From positions 186,001 through 250,000 of the forward strand of contig NGBS01000584.1 in assembly GCA_002245135.1 (NCBI GenBank): a DNA stretch of 64,000 nt. Direction: 5' to 3'. Source of the DNA: Proteromonas lacertae. Lineage: Eukaryota. The notes under the pieces were generated by a model. That model saw only the letters and a program-made list of their open reading frames with translations. It had not been told where the DNA came from and made no database searches. Made by a program: the position numbers and the translations under genes. This document shows, piece by piece, positions 38,162 to 51,741 of this stretch. Numbering within the stretch: position 1 is the stretch's first letter; every line of letters begins with the position of its first letter.

Positions 38162-41116
38162 ATGAATCAAGTCCAACACTGCAAAATCAGCGACTTTATT
38201 CAGGGTCTAACCAATGCAGCTTCATCTGAATTGGCGAATACTTTCTCTAAAATGAAAGACCAGAGCAACTCAAATGAAAGAGCAAAAACACTTCAATTAT
38301 ACACAGAAAAATACCGATTATTGATGTTAAAGACATTTGTGTTGATGAATTGGTGTAAAGAAGGTGAAACAGCATGTATAGCTGAAGCATTATTTAATCA
38401 GTTGAATTCTGAGCATTTGTCTTATGCAAGATGCTCAGACGCCTTAATGAAATTAAAGAATAATCTTATACTATCCCAAACCAATGTATTTGCAGTCCAT
38501 TTAGCTTATGATATATTATGTTCAGGTATTTCTTTTCATTATTAATCATTTATTAGAGAATGGATTTAAGTTTACTGATGAAATAAAAAAGGAAATGGGT
38601 TTAGAATTATCATCAGAATCAGATTTGTCAATAGAAGACAAAAACAGATTGTTAAGAATAAAATTAATGAAACATAAAATCAATTCAAATTATGAAACTC
38701 CAATAATTGAAGATGGTAAAATAACATTAAAAGTGAATGGATATTTTGAAGTTACATCAACAATAAATGATTATGATTCATCATCAGTACCTATAATATT
38801 GAATTTATCATTGTTATTCTCTCAATCTACCTATCTTTCTTCACTAATTCCACAATGTAATGGTTTTATCACAAAGAATAACGAAAAAGCGATAATCAAT
38901 CAGTTACAAATGTCTATTAATAATTATAATAATAGTGGATATAAAAATCATTTTGAAGTAATGTATATATATATATATATATTGTTATTAAAATATATAT
39001 TTTGTAATAGTTATAATAAAATGATGATATTATGTAATAATTTGATTATTTCAGTGTTGTTGAGTCAATTACAATATTATGGTTATCATCCTGATATAAA
39101 TGAAGATTATACAGTCGTTACAGTCAATATCTATGAGAAGAATATTGAGAAAAGAGGAAATAAAAGGAAATATGATGGAGAAATAAAGAATGATAAATTA
39201 CAGATAAGTATATTAAATGAGAATCATTTAATTGAATGTAAGTTATTGTCAATTAATACTAATGAATATATGTTGGATAGGCTTGATACTAATTCAATAT
39301 CTATTGAAAATGTTATTGATAATGTATAAATATATATTAATAATATATACTGTAATAGGCAAAAACAAAAGCAAGTGAGTTGTATTTGAAAGATATATTC
39401 AACATCTTTTTAGACAGTTCATTTCCAGTTAATACCTATGATGCATTATTAGTCAATAATCTTATAAAAATAAAAGTTAAATTCTTACCTTATATGATTA
39501 TTATTACAAGAAATCTTATAAATGGTCAGTTCACTGTATATAAATATTCTATATTATATATAATTATAGTATTTTATTGAAAAAGAGAATCACATAATTT
39601 CCACCAATTATTATTTAGATAAAACAATGGAAGAATTTCTGGTATTACTAAAAGATCATTATGATTTATCAAAACTTAGTGAATTATTTATTGGAATAAT
39701 CAAATCATTAACCATTCATTATTTATGTGAAATATTTGTTAATAATAAAATAGAAATAAATATCAATCCATTTGGTGAAAAAGACATTAATTATGAAGAA
39801 GTCTTTTTGATATATCCATTAATCAATTATCGTAGTTTGAATAGTTATTGTAAAGTTAGCCTTGATAGTGATTGTATTCCTCAATTTCATATATGTATTT
39901 ATTATCATAAAGTATTATCAGATATACAGATATTGCCAAGTAGTGCATATAAGACTATATTAGATGAGTATTTTAATGACAATAAATCTATTTTGAAACA
40001 TCCAATGAAATCATCCCAATTAATTCCATCTATTTTGGCAATGTATAGAGATGGAGTTCAATTGGCAAAAGCAAAGATAATATTCTTCTGCCAATCATTA
40101 TTTAAAGAAATATTAAAAATTACGAATGTGACTGAAAAAAAGGAAAATAATCTCTACCATATAGAAACAGCTTTTAATGGTGAAGTATTTAATAAAATAT
40201 TCCAAGACAACATGTTAATTGTTATACAGAAAACTGGTAATTGGATAGTCAAATTAAAATGGACCAATAATATTTCTCCAATAAATTGTGGTAGTTTTTT
40301 CACTCTACAGACCAAATCACAGATTCAAATTACAAATGAATCAATTCTATTGAAATATCATTATTACATCTCATTTCCTGAGTTTTTGGAAGATATTTCA
40401 TCATTTTCTAAGAATAAGAAGTTTATGGAATATACTAATGAGAATAATCAAATGCTTTCTAATATATGTGATTCAATACTAGATTTTAATGGATTGACTG
40501 TTAATGTTAAATGTCAATGTTGCAATAATGTATATATTTTTTTAAATATATTTGTTATATTATATTAAATAGCACGCTTATGCTGTAAGGTTTTATTCGA
40601 AATATAGACATGCAAGACATTCAATTTTGACAATTGATTTCCAAACTTATAATCCCATCACATTTTTCATTTCTCATTTACATTTTTTATCAATTTACAC
40701 AATCATTAAGTATTTATGTTTTATCAGTGGAATTATTTGTTCTTTCAATAAATTCTATGAGAATTATGGATTAAAATCTGATGCATATAGTATATATATA
40801 TATATATATATAATACATATTAATAGATGAAAGAATCAATAGATGTCATTATAGACATTGGTCAATCGATTCTTTTATTGTCATTTTCAAATATTTTAAT
40901 CAATTTGAGATATATATTAAACATCAGTTCAGATTAACGTTATATGTAAAATCCATGAATGATATATTTATCAAATGTATTACCAACAATATAAATTTCA
41001 GTAATTTTCAGTATTTAAAGAGATCTGCAGATGGAAGTACTTTCATATGTCCAACTCAAAAGTTTTACCAATTTTTGATTGATACAGCAAGCGCCACTCA
41101 ATTATATGTTGCATAG
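38162..41116 (+). CDS. MED14: Mediator subunit Med14-like
   Basis: N-terminal ERAKTLQLYTEKYRLLMLKTFVLMNW and LAYDILCSG resemble the Med14 domain; the remainder is divergent. Confidence 0.6.
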
Positions 41117-41394
41117 TATTTAGAACCCAAATTCTTTCTATTTTAAGTTTATTTTTGTTTTGTCATTATCTTATGGATGTATATAAACCAATAATAATAC
41201 CATTTAAAAATCGAAATGAAATAATGAAAAATATTAAAGGATAAGGTTATAAAAAGAAGAGAACCCTAACATTTAATCGTTTTAGAACTCCCTCGTACTG
41301 AATAAAAATAAGAATACGCTTTATGAAAGATTTTAGATAAATTATTTTCTATTCGTTACACAATTTAGTTTTTGTATTGGTGATGAAGAACTGA

Positions 41395-42793
41395 ATGAAT
41401 AATTCTGTGATTGCTGAAGACACTCCTAAATTAAGGACATCAACTATCCAGCTCTTCAAATTGTTCTTTTGTATGACATTTTGAATTTATTCGCTATTAG
41501 TTAATAATTATGATGTTGATGGAGTTACTAAGGCTTATTACAAATTATCACATAAGTATAACCTTGTATTTATTTTTTCTATTAGAAATTCTGTGATTAG
41601 TGTAACAGAACTTAAAAGAACAATAAATCTAATTGGAAAATATGTAGATGTTTTGTTTTCACCATTCAGTATTTTTTTGAAGCTCTAATTTTAGTGCCTT
41701 CCATGTCATTAGATGATTTCATATATTTTAGCTGTATGATTTGTACAGCAAGCTTTCATACATTAGCTATACGTATTTTTATACTATTTTCTATCTACTA
41801 AAAATAGTATGTTTATCCTTAGTTCCAGATAGTGTTGTTGATAAAATCGAATTTGTATATATATATACCACTTTTATCCATATTGTTGTTTAGAATCATG
41901 TGAAAATGATGATATTAATATTAGGAAGTGAGTTTTCTCCAGATATGGCATATCTCAACTATCACTTAGAAAGAACAGCCAAAATGAAGGATTTTCTGCT
42001 GCAAGAAGATTTTCTTACATTTTCTGATAATTACAGCTACTTATTTAAACCAATAGTTGAATTTCAGTCAAGATTCAGAAATATTACACTCGGGAAAACT
42101 ACATGGATGGATATACGAAAGAGACAAAAATCAATTAAAGATATAATAGCATTTAGAGAACTAAATAACGGTAAGTACCCACCATGTTCCACTTCGAATT
42201 GTTATTGTCACTGTTGTTACTGTTTTGTAGAGTTATACCGAAGAATATTTAGATTACCCAACCCTATGGAATATGAATATGAAATGCCTCCAGAATTAGC
42301 AAAATGCCAATATAAAACTGCAATTAAGGTATTTTATGGTAAATATAACACATACTTCAAGAAGAATCAGCGGCAAGTCGATTTAAAAGCACGTGAATTA
42401 AATGCACCACCGCCAAATCTTACTACTGAATATAACACGTATAATACTAACACAACAAAGAGTACATCCAGTATTAGTAGTAAACAGAAGATTAATTCTT
42501 TGTCATCTGGTAAATTCATATCACCTCCAATGGTCACACATACTTCTTTCCCTTCTACCTCTAAGAGTTTAACAATTTTGAATAATACTCCCAATATAGA
42601 CAAAGTTAATAATCATCAGCATTATCATTCATGTACGAATATAGCGAATATTCATAATTCACTGTTGGTAAGGAATATAGAACAGAAGAAAGAGAAATTA
42701 CACTCAGATACTACTCAGGAGCAGTCTAGTAATACTCATGGTCCATCTTGTTCAATTACAGATGGAACTCCTACTTCAAATATTTTGGTTTAA
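41395..42793 (+). CDS. Hypothetical protein (possibly degenerate EF-hand-like N-terminus, Cys patch, S/T-rich tail)
   Basis: Multi-exon open frame; YLFKPIVEFQSRFRNITLGKTTW block. Confidence 0.55.
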
Positions 42794-43045
42794 TAATACT
42801 TTATAAAATCGAATATCATTTTATTTATTAAATGAATTTGTGTTTATTTTTTGCTTTTTAAATGTGTTTGTTGGTTGTGTAAAATACATTTTTCATCGAT
42901 TTGATGTATATTACTTCATTATTTTACATTTTTTTTATTGAAAGCTTGATATATGTTTGTGATACTAAAACGGTATTTTCTGTTATTAAAATTTTACTCA
43001 TTTTAATAAACATATAAAAATAACTTAAATTAAAAAGTCATTCTT

Positions 43046-46000
43046 ATGCACAAGACGGACTCTTTTGTATATAATATTATCTTTATAATTATCATTTTAA
43101 TCAATTAATGTCATTTTATAGCCATTACGTCCTACATCTGGTTTATTAGCTCCAATACGTTTCAAAAAATCTCTAAGCATGGAACAGCAGAGTTCGGGTT
43201 GGTATCAAAACGAAAATATCGAATTCACAAAATCTAATTCATGTATCTATAATAATATTGCTTATTGTTTTTTCTAGTATCCTCTTCTGCATCAGAAGGT
43301 GCTATTCCTGGATATAGAACAGTATTTCCTCTATTGTTATATTACAATATAGAACTTAACTTCCACTAATCTTGGTAATACTGGTATTAAGCTTACAAGT
43401 TATAATTTACCATCAGATAGCCCAAGAAGAATTCATCATGTAGAACCACTTGGTCAAAAAACATTTACACCTGCTTTATCACCAGTGGGAGAACCATCTG
43501 ATTCTGTATATAATGTAATAGAATCATCCACTGATGAGATGGAATTGAGACAAACCCTGTCAAACGTATATTTATATTTATAATAATAATAATAATAATT
43601 ATATATTATATAGCTTGATAAAGATTCTATTATAAATTTATTTATTTCCTCTAAATTACACGCTAAACAATACAAAGATGTTCAAAAATCAGTTACTTCA
43701 ATATCAATTGCAGATAATATAGACAATATATTGGACTCTTTTTTCAGATATTCCAAGCAAATCTTAAAATGTCAAGATATCAAGTTTTATGTTCCAAATC
43801 CCGATAATTCAGGTTCAATAATTGATTATACCACCAAACAGATAGTTCCATATGATGAAGGTATTATTGGCGAAGTATTACAGAATTCATCTGCCAAAGC
43901 TGTAGAAAATGTCCAATCAAAATCACAGTATAAAGACTATGAAGATAGTAAAGTGAATTCAATATTATGTGTTCCAGCTTATGATTATAAACAGAGATTA
44001 ATATGTATTGGTAAAGCAATAAATAAAAACAACAATGCTCCATTTAATGAAGATGACGAAAGATCATTTTTGATATTATTATTGACAACTGGTAATAATT
44101 TCAAGAGAGCAATGTTATTAGAGAGATTAAAGTCAGCACAAGAATCAACAACTTCTGCATTAAAAATTACACAAGTATTATCGTCCTCTATAAATTATGA
44201 AGAAATCATTCGAGATATTATTAATGTATTATTATTATATATTTTATATATTGAAATAGATCACTAAAGAGATTGTACAATGTAAATTTTTCCGTCTTTT
44301 ATTAGTTGAAGGTTCAGAATTAGTAGATTACACTTCCAGTATTTATTTTTATTTTTTTATTTTTCTTGTAGATTTTCGTAAAAGTATTGAAGGTTCGTTA
44401 TCTGGAGAATGTATAAAAACATCACATGTTATTACAATTGGTGATTTCAGTAGTATAAAACCTGAGAAGTTAATGAAAGAAATTGATACTATTCAACCAA
44501 ATGAATTGATTAATATGTTGTGTGTTCCTATACTAGATCAAGATAATCGTATAAATATAATTATAATGTATTATTAAATAGATAATCCAGTTGCTGTACT
44601 TGAAGCTTATAATCATAATTATGGTCAATTTACTAAAGAAGAAGAGAATTTATTGCAGTATATAGCAGATACAGCAAGTGTACAGTTTCACCATTCAAAA
44701 TTACATAAACAAGCGATGGTACAAGAGAAGATGAATAGGGGATTAGTACAAATAATGAAAATAGTTTCACAAACAGATGATGTATACATAATAATAATAA
44801 TAATAATAATAATTAATAGAAAGATGATATATTTACATCATTGAATAAACTGGTAGAGATTGGTTATGATGGTGTTGATTGTGAAAGAATTACTGTGTTT
44901 CTATTAGATGCAAATACACATACATTACATACAAAGTATAAAAATATATATATACAATAACGTTTTATAGAATATCAAGAGATTTAGATCCAAATTATCA
45001 TTTACCATTAAACAACAGTATAGCAGGATGTTGTATTGCATCAAAACAGACAATCAATATATCAAATGCATATAATGATAATAGATTCAATAAAGCATTT
45101 GATAAAGAAACAGGTTTTCAGACAAAATCAATAATCGCATTGTGTTTAACTGATGCAGCAGGTAATCCAATTGGTGTTTTAGAAGCAGTGAATAAGAAAG
45201 GAATTCATCAACGATTTGATGATGATGATATATTACTGCTAAACACTTTAGCCACTGAAATTAGTAATTTCCTAAGAAAAAGAGCAATGGAATTAGCCTA
45301 TGAAGTTCATTCATTACATAGCAACAACCAAAGTTCAAAGTTTATTCAAAGTCTCTTATCTCAATATAGTGAAGTAACAACTCCAATATCTCCTCAACCA
45401 GTTTTATCAACCACTACATTACTCCCAAAACAAATCAGTTTGATGAATCATAGTAATGAAATAGCAAGTAAAATAGAGAGTTGGGCATTTAACTCATTAG
45501 AATATGAACCTGATCAATTGTTTCCATTTATTAAATACTGTTTTGATTCATATGATTTATTTCATCAATGGAATATAGATCAGAATAAATTTTTCAATTT
45601 CATTAAAGTTGTACAATCTAATTATTTTGATAATCCTTATCATAATTATTTTCATGCAATGGGAGTGTTTCATATATGTTTTATGTTTTTAAAGAAAGCT
45701 GAAGCTGTAAAAGGAATAACTGCAATTGATGTATATATATAAATTATCATTTATAATTATATTTATTGAATAGACATTGGCTTTATTACTTAGTGCAATT
45801 GTCCATGATATTGATCATCCAGGACATAATAATGATTATGAAATTAAACTAGGAAGTACATTAAGCATATTATACAATGACCAATCAGTATTAGAAAATC
45901 ACCATTGTGCTTTAACATTCCAATTAATGAGAGATAATAGTTGTGCATTATTATTATCACTAAGTTATAATGATTATAGACTATTAAGAAAAGGAATGAT

Positions 46001-46523
46001 TCAAGCAATATTAGCTACAGATATGGTTCATCATAATGAGTATATAAAATATGTGGAAGATTTTGTTCCAAAACCAAATTCAAATCCAATTTCATCAATT
46101 GGTATGAATAATAATAATAAAAATATTGATGAAGAAGAATCTAGAAAATTAATAGCAACCATTATTCATGCTGCTGATTTGAGTAATCCAGTAGTTCCTT
46201 CATTTGATGTTTGTAGAGATTGGTCTATAAGAATATGTACAGAGTTTTCAAATCAGTTTAATCATGAGAAAGAGAATAATTTACCAATATCTTATCATAT
46301 GCAAATAGATGTTAATAATGATAGTGCTGTTGCTGCATTTCAGTTGAGTTTTATTGATTTTGTTATTAGACCTCTGTGGAATCCGTTAGTGACAAAGATA
46401 TATCCATTAGCTAATGAATTGATTGGTTTTTTGAATAATAATTATAAGAGATGGAAAGAATTAGCAAATAAGAATAGTCGAGTGATTCAAATACTACAGA
46501 TTCAAAAAACAATAAATAAATAA
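43046..46523 (+). CDS. Class I cyclic-nucleotide phosphodiesterase with three GAF domains
   Basis: GAF motifs SILCVP...AINK...FNEDDE, MLCVP...FTKEEE and DNRFNKAFDKETGF...AVNK; catalytic YHNYFH, HDIDHPGHNN, LENHH, ILATDM and HAADLSN. Confidence 0.93.
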
Positions 46524-46584
46524 AAATAACAATATTATATAATGTAATTTTGATATTCTACTTTTTTTTTAATATTGAAATTGA

Positions 46585-48215
46585 TTATTTGTGGGTTTTA
46601 ATATGCTTGTTTAAATTAGATTTTACTGTACAATCATAATTGCATCCTGGATAATTGCATTTATATGGCTTTTCACCTGTGTGTGTTCTAATATGACTAT
46701 CTAAATGATCTTTTCTGCTAAATTCACAATTGCATCCTGGATAATTGCATTTGAATGGCTTTTCACCTGTATGAATCAAATAATGATTTTTAATACTACT
46801 AATTACTTTAGTTTTATAATTGCATATTCCATAATTACAATGAAACAAACCATCACCTTCTCTTTTAAACTCAGGTAAATTAGGTTCAACATATGTAAAA
46901 TACTTTCCATCAACTGGCTCAATTTTCACTCTTTCCATATTCACTTTTTTCACTTCATTTATATTTTCATTATCACTAATACATTCTTCTTCATTATTAT
47001 TATCATTTATATCTTCTTCTATAGATTCATCAACAATATTCTTTACATCTGATAAATCAAAATCATCTTCTTCATCCTCTTCATTGTCATTTTCACTATA
47101 TTCTGAAGATTCTTCACTTTCATTATCACTATCACTTTCAGTTTCTTCCTTTTCCTCATTTTTTCTTCCTTTTTCCAATATTCTTCTATTCATTTCTCTT
47201 GTTTTTTCATCTTCATATTCACTCAATCCTCTACATAAATCATATAATCGATTAAAATCTTCATAATTTCTATATTTCTTTGACATTATGGCTATTGCTT
47301 CTTCTTCTGCCTTTGGTGCAATTGAAATAGTTATATTCTTTCGAATTAATGGTTCTATTTATTATTTATTGATAATATATATATACTATCACTATTATAT
47401 TTCTTGATAATTTCATCAATTAACTCTTTATTTTTGTCTATTTCTACTTCTTTATAGTGCTATAACAAAAACAATTATAAATAATCATACTCTCTTCAAC
47501 ATCTTCCAATCTGAATTTGACACATAGGCTGGCTTATTTTGTGCTAATAATAATAATAATAATAATATATAAATACATTTCACAAACCAAATCATTACAT
47601 CATCCTTCTTATACTTCATCATACAACTAAAAGTTAAAATAAAATAAAATAAAATATAATTATACTCACTACATATACAACTACCCTTCTCTTCTAGATA
47701 GTGTGCATCTATTGATCCTCTCTTGATCTGATCACCTGCCTTTCCATCCACAATACACTTCTGATTGTAATTCTCATAAAATTTCTCAACCATCTCTTCT
47801 AATATCTACACATAATATGTTATATAATATACCAAATGCGGATATGGATCGGCACTGTCTAAAATCCTCTATTTACAGAAAATTATACTAATTATACTTT
47901 CAAGAAGGCTTTACCAACAGAAACTGGGATAGTCTTGTCAACTAAATACGAAATAAGCTATATTATAGTCAGACTTTGTATACAGTTGTATTCAACGATG
48001 TAATTCCAGGTAATAATATGCTTATTGAGTCCCTCAATCTATAAAAACGATATAAAACACAAAATACAACGATTTGCTTTAACTCAGGATGCAGAACTGA
48101 GGTTTCTTTTTCGCAAATAGTTCATAGATTCCCAGTATAAACGTAACTCTGTTTGCATCAATGCTTCTGGTAATTTAGAATAGTTGATTGAATTGTTTGA
48201 GCTGTTTTGTTGCAT
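46585..48215 (-). CDS. C2H2 zinc-finger protein (three fingers, TGEKP linkers)
   Basis: HTGEKPFKC and HTGEKPYKC; upstream exons splice in frame except for a +1 break near 48110. Confidence 0.8.
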
Positions 48216-48633
48216 GATTGAGTAGTTTAAAGTCTTTTAAATTGGCGAAGAAAGTGATTATTTTGGCGCGCAATGACGAGTTGATAACGAAATCTGCAGA
48301 AATGCTACATTTCACTTCAAGACATTATAGACATGCAATTATTTTGCTGAAAGATTGTGGATTTAACCATTTTTTGGTGATTTTTGAATTTTCTGGACAA
48401 AATTCTCACACAATAATGCTGACATTTTATAAACACATCTGTCAATATTTATATCTCCTGAAACTACTAAACAATAAAATCATTCCATTTTCTTAATGTA
48501 ATCGTCAGAATCTCACTATATATCATTGTTTATCACATTTCTATACTTTCATAGGTATTATTTAGCTTATTATAATCAAACATCAAAATTGAAACGAATA
48601 GTTTTCAGTTACAATCTATTTTGCAACTCGCAT

Positions 48634-49015
48634 CACTGAAATGGGATGATACAAATCTTGTCTGATATGATAGTTTTGGCTAAAATATTGGTATATTTAT
48701 ATTCTACTATATATTCTCTGCTGGCTGAAGCTCTTTCAGCTTTCAACTGAACTAATCAATTAATTCTATTGTTAATATTCACTTATTTATCTCCATAGAG
48801 GCAAAATAAAGATTTGGGGAAAGTCTCCGAGTAATTAGTAGAGAGTACAACCTTAGTTGGCAATCACCCTTTTATGAGAAGTTAACGAAGAAGATAGTTC
48901 AAGCTATCCGAGTTTTCTCTAGCAAAGGCGTTTTTACTATATCACAGTTATTCATCCATTGTAGGAATCCTGGTAAGATTCTTGCAATAACCCAACGGAG
49001 CTTACATTTCACGTG
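48634..49015 (+). ncRNA. RMRP: RNase MRP RNA
   Basis: P1 CACTGAAATG/CATTTCACGTG; P2 GGATGA/TCATCC; P3 CAAATCTT/AAGATTTG; CR-I GGAAAGTCTCCG pairs with CR-V CGGAGCTT (P4); P8 GTA-GAGAG-TAC (GARAR loop); CR-IV ACAGTTA (ANAGNNA); 12-bp P19 at 48958-48988. Confidence 0.92.
48691..48798 (+). other. Putative 108-nt spliceosomal intron inside RNase MRP P3
   Basis: TG|GTATAT...CTAAT...CATAG|; AT-rich; removal restores a compact ~60-nt P3. Confidence 0.6.
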
Positions 49016-49150
49016 GTTGTTACCACGACAGAATATGTTAAGAAATTCATTCATATTATTATATATATTTATCTATAGGAACTAGTAAAGACACAGAAAT
49101 TGAAAAATCGAAGTAATTATGATATATACATAAGTAAATTAACTATTTCT

Positions 49151-50375
49151 CTAATTTTTAATAACACTATTTCTAGGGGTTGGGATAAATGTCCAAGGTA
49201 TATAACTAGAAGAATCAAAATCTTCTTCAACTGGATCCATCTTACTCTCAGTCCTTTGATTTCGTGTATTTTCCAACTATATTAAAAGATATAATATAAT
49301 AATATATATACATCTTGTAGTGTCATATTAATTTCTACTTTACTAACACCAATTTTCTGTACAATCCATTGTCTTTCAATTGCAGACAAACTTCCTTCTT
49401 TCTCATATCTTTTGTTATCCAAATGTTCTGGGTTATTCTGTTTAGATTCTTCATATTCTTCAATTTCAAAACTTTCCTCTTTATTTATATCCCATCCTAA
49501 TCCAACAGGAACACCTCCTCGTAACGGTACACTTGTTGGCGCAATATTACTCTTATATTCTCTTATATTTATCTTATTCCATTTAATATGAGGTTTTTGT
49601 TTATTTTCTGACTTTTTCACTGTTATTTCCTCAACTATTTCAACATTATCATTGTCTATCTCATTTTTAAATGTGAAATTTTCATCTACTGAATTATCAC
49701 TGTTCTTAGTTGATAATAAATCATTAATTTTCACATGATTTCTAGGGGTTGGAATAGTGGTAGTAACATGACATGAATTGGGTCTATATCTATCAATACT
49801 CTGCATAGAAGCAGAATTTGACTTAGGAGAGTCTATTGGAGATGGAATATCTAAAACTGATTCTGAATGACACATTTTCAGTGTTTTCGAATTATTTATA
49901 GGAAGTAAAAGACGAGGAGGAGCTATATAAATGAATTTATGTAAATAATACTCACTAATTTCTTTTTTAATGCTGAAATGTGTAATTGTTTATCATCTAT
50001 TGGATCTTCAACATGCTTTCGCATTGTTCTGGATACTATACCTGGACTCATAGAATATGACCTATTCACAAGCTTTCTTTGTTCTGACAGAGGTGAAGGC
50101 ATATATGAAGATGATTGAGTTGTTGGAATAATTACACTACTTTTCATATCACCAGCTCCAATTGAATCTATATCGTCATTATCTGAAAAATCTAAATATT
50201 CTGTTTTTCTGTTTGACATTTTCGGTATATTTGGAGCTGATACAGTGTTCTGATTTTTAATTAAGGAAAAAGATATATCTAACAGATTAGAATAGAATTC
50301 GATACTACAAACACCCACTTTGGGATTTGTATTGAAATTTTGACGTTTTGAACTTTTTGTTTGGGAGTTTTTCAT
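49151..50375 (-). CDS. Ser-rich protein with CSRNP_N-like block (paralog 1)
   Basis: IKWNKINIREY...SVPLRGGVPVGLGW...FEIEEYE; ATG at 50373-50375, stop at 49151-49153. Confidence 0.65.
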
Positions 50376-50539
50376 TTTATTTAGTTTAGTATAAAATACA
50401 TAAAACAAAAATAAAACAACAAACCTATACAAGCTTTAATTTTTGGCTTGATTCTATTTTTATAAAAAACTCATAAACAAGACATTTTAGACTTACTCAA
50501 ATAGTAACATACATTATTGGTTAAATTACAGTAAACAAT

Positions 50540-50781
50540 TCACTTGAAAACATTATAAGCTTTATGCAAAATTACATTACTCATTGCTGGTGGAGCAATT
50601 CTGATTGGAGTATAATTAGAAGAAATATTTACTCTTCTACGATTATCAATAGAACTTTCTACTCTTTGTTTTCTTGTGTAATTGACATTTTTGACAGTGA
50701 AATTAATAAGAGATGGAGGTGTGCCAATTCTGTTTAAGATTCGCATCCTTTCATTTGGTGGTATAAATCCATTCTATTTAC

Positions 50782-50816
<35 letters not shown>

Positions 50817-51583
50817 TACTCTTTGATAATTCTTAATGTCAGTGTATTCTGGATCTTTCTCTTTATACTCTTCATATTCATCCAATTTATATTCCTCTTC
50901 TTTTACAATACTCCAACTCAATCCAATTGGCAAACTATCATTTGTAGGAATAGATGTTGATGAAATGGAAGTTTTATATTCTCTTATTTTTACATTACTC
51001 CAAGAAACATGCAATTCTGATTTATCTGGATACTTTATATTAACTTCTGTCTTTGCAGGACTATCTTTAACTTTAAATGACATATTTGACATTTGTATTA
51101 CAGCTTCTGTCTCTTCATTACTCTCTTCTTCTGATTCATTTCTTTCATTACTATTTTCAATTTCATTACTACTTCCATTATCTTGGCTTGAACTACTTCT
51201 ACTGCTAGTCGATGAAAATGAATTTTCATGAAGACTATTTTTAGATAATAAACTATTAGACGATTTTCTTAATTGAACTGTTTTTGTATTTAAAAAATTA
51301 CTTTTACTTTTCATTTGTGGTTTGTGTATCAATTTCATATTTGTATTTGAGAAACATTTAGGAAGAATGCAACTACTTTTTACTAGTCCTAATAACAATT
51401 CATAAATTAAACGAAAATACTCTGTTTTACTCTTGGCAAATATCGTTTATGTGTGTATATTTCATCTTCTGAGTCACTACTAGATGAAGATGAGTCAGAA
51501 TATGAACTGCTGCTATATGACGAACTATCTTCTGAACCAGAAGAGCAAAAGCTTCCTCTGTTCAATTTAGGCAAAAAACTCAT
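50540..51583 (-). CDS. Ser-rich protein with CSRNP_N-like block (paralog 2)
   Basis: VSWSNVKIREY...SIPTNDSLPIGLSW...YKLDEYE; two short introns. Confidence 0.65.
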
Positions 51584-51631
51584 TGGTGGTCTTTATATTC
51601 GTCTATATTCTGACATTTAGTTAAAAACGAC

Positions 51632-51658
51632 AAAAAAAAAAAAAAAAAAAAAAAAAAA
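51632..51658. repeat. A27 homopolymer
   Basis: 27 consecutive A in an intergenic region. Confidence 0.9.
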
Positions 51659-51741
51659 CAGAAAAATGGGCAATGAAAATTTTCATGGAATAATACCCCA
51701 AAATAGTTTAAAAAAGAAATTCAATTATAAACGGAAAGTTA

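Noticed and set aside
41262..41270. AACCCTAAC, resembling a telomerase template or telo-box
   Set aside because: A single 9-mer with no supporting RNA structure seen.
42865..42872. TGTTTGTT motif associated with polyadenylation-created stop codons in Blastocystis
   Set aside because: It lies about 70 nt after a genomic TAA (42791-42793); every gene end checked has an encoded stop.
20735..46523. Cyclic-nucleotide signalling cluster (channel plus PDE)
   Set aside because: The genes are about 18 kb apart with many unrelated genes between them.
46630..46775. Direct DNA repeat with ~90-nt period
   Set aside because: It simply reflects duplicated C2H2 fingers; no CRISPR or mobile-element features.
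48218..48496. 92-aa plus-strand ORF
   Set aside because: TTG start, no motifs, and it lies in the promoter region between the zinc-finger and MRP genes.
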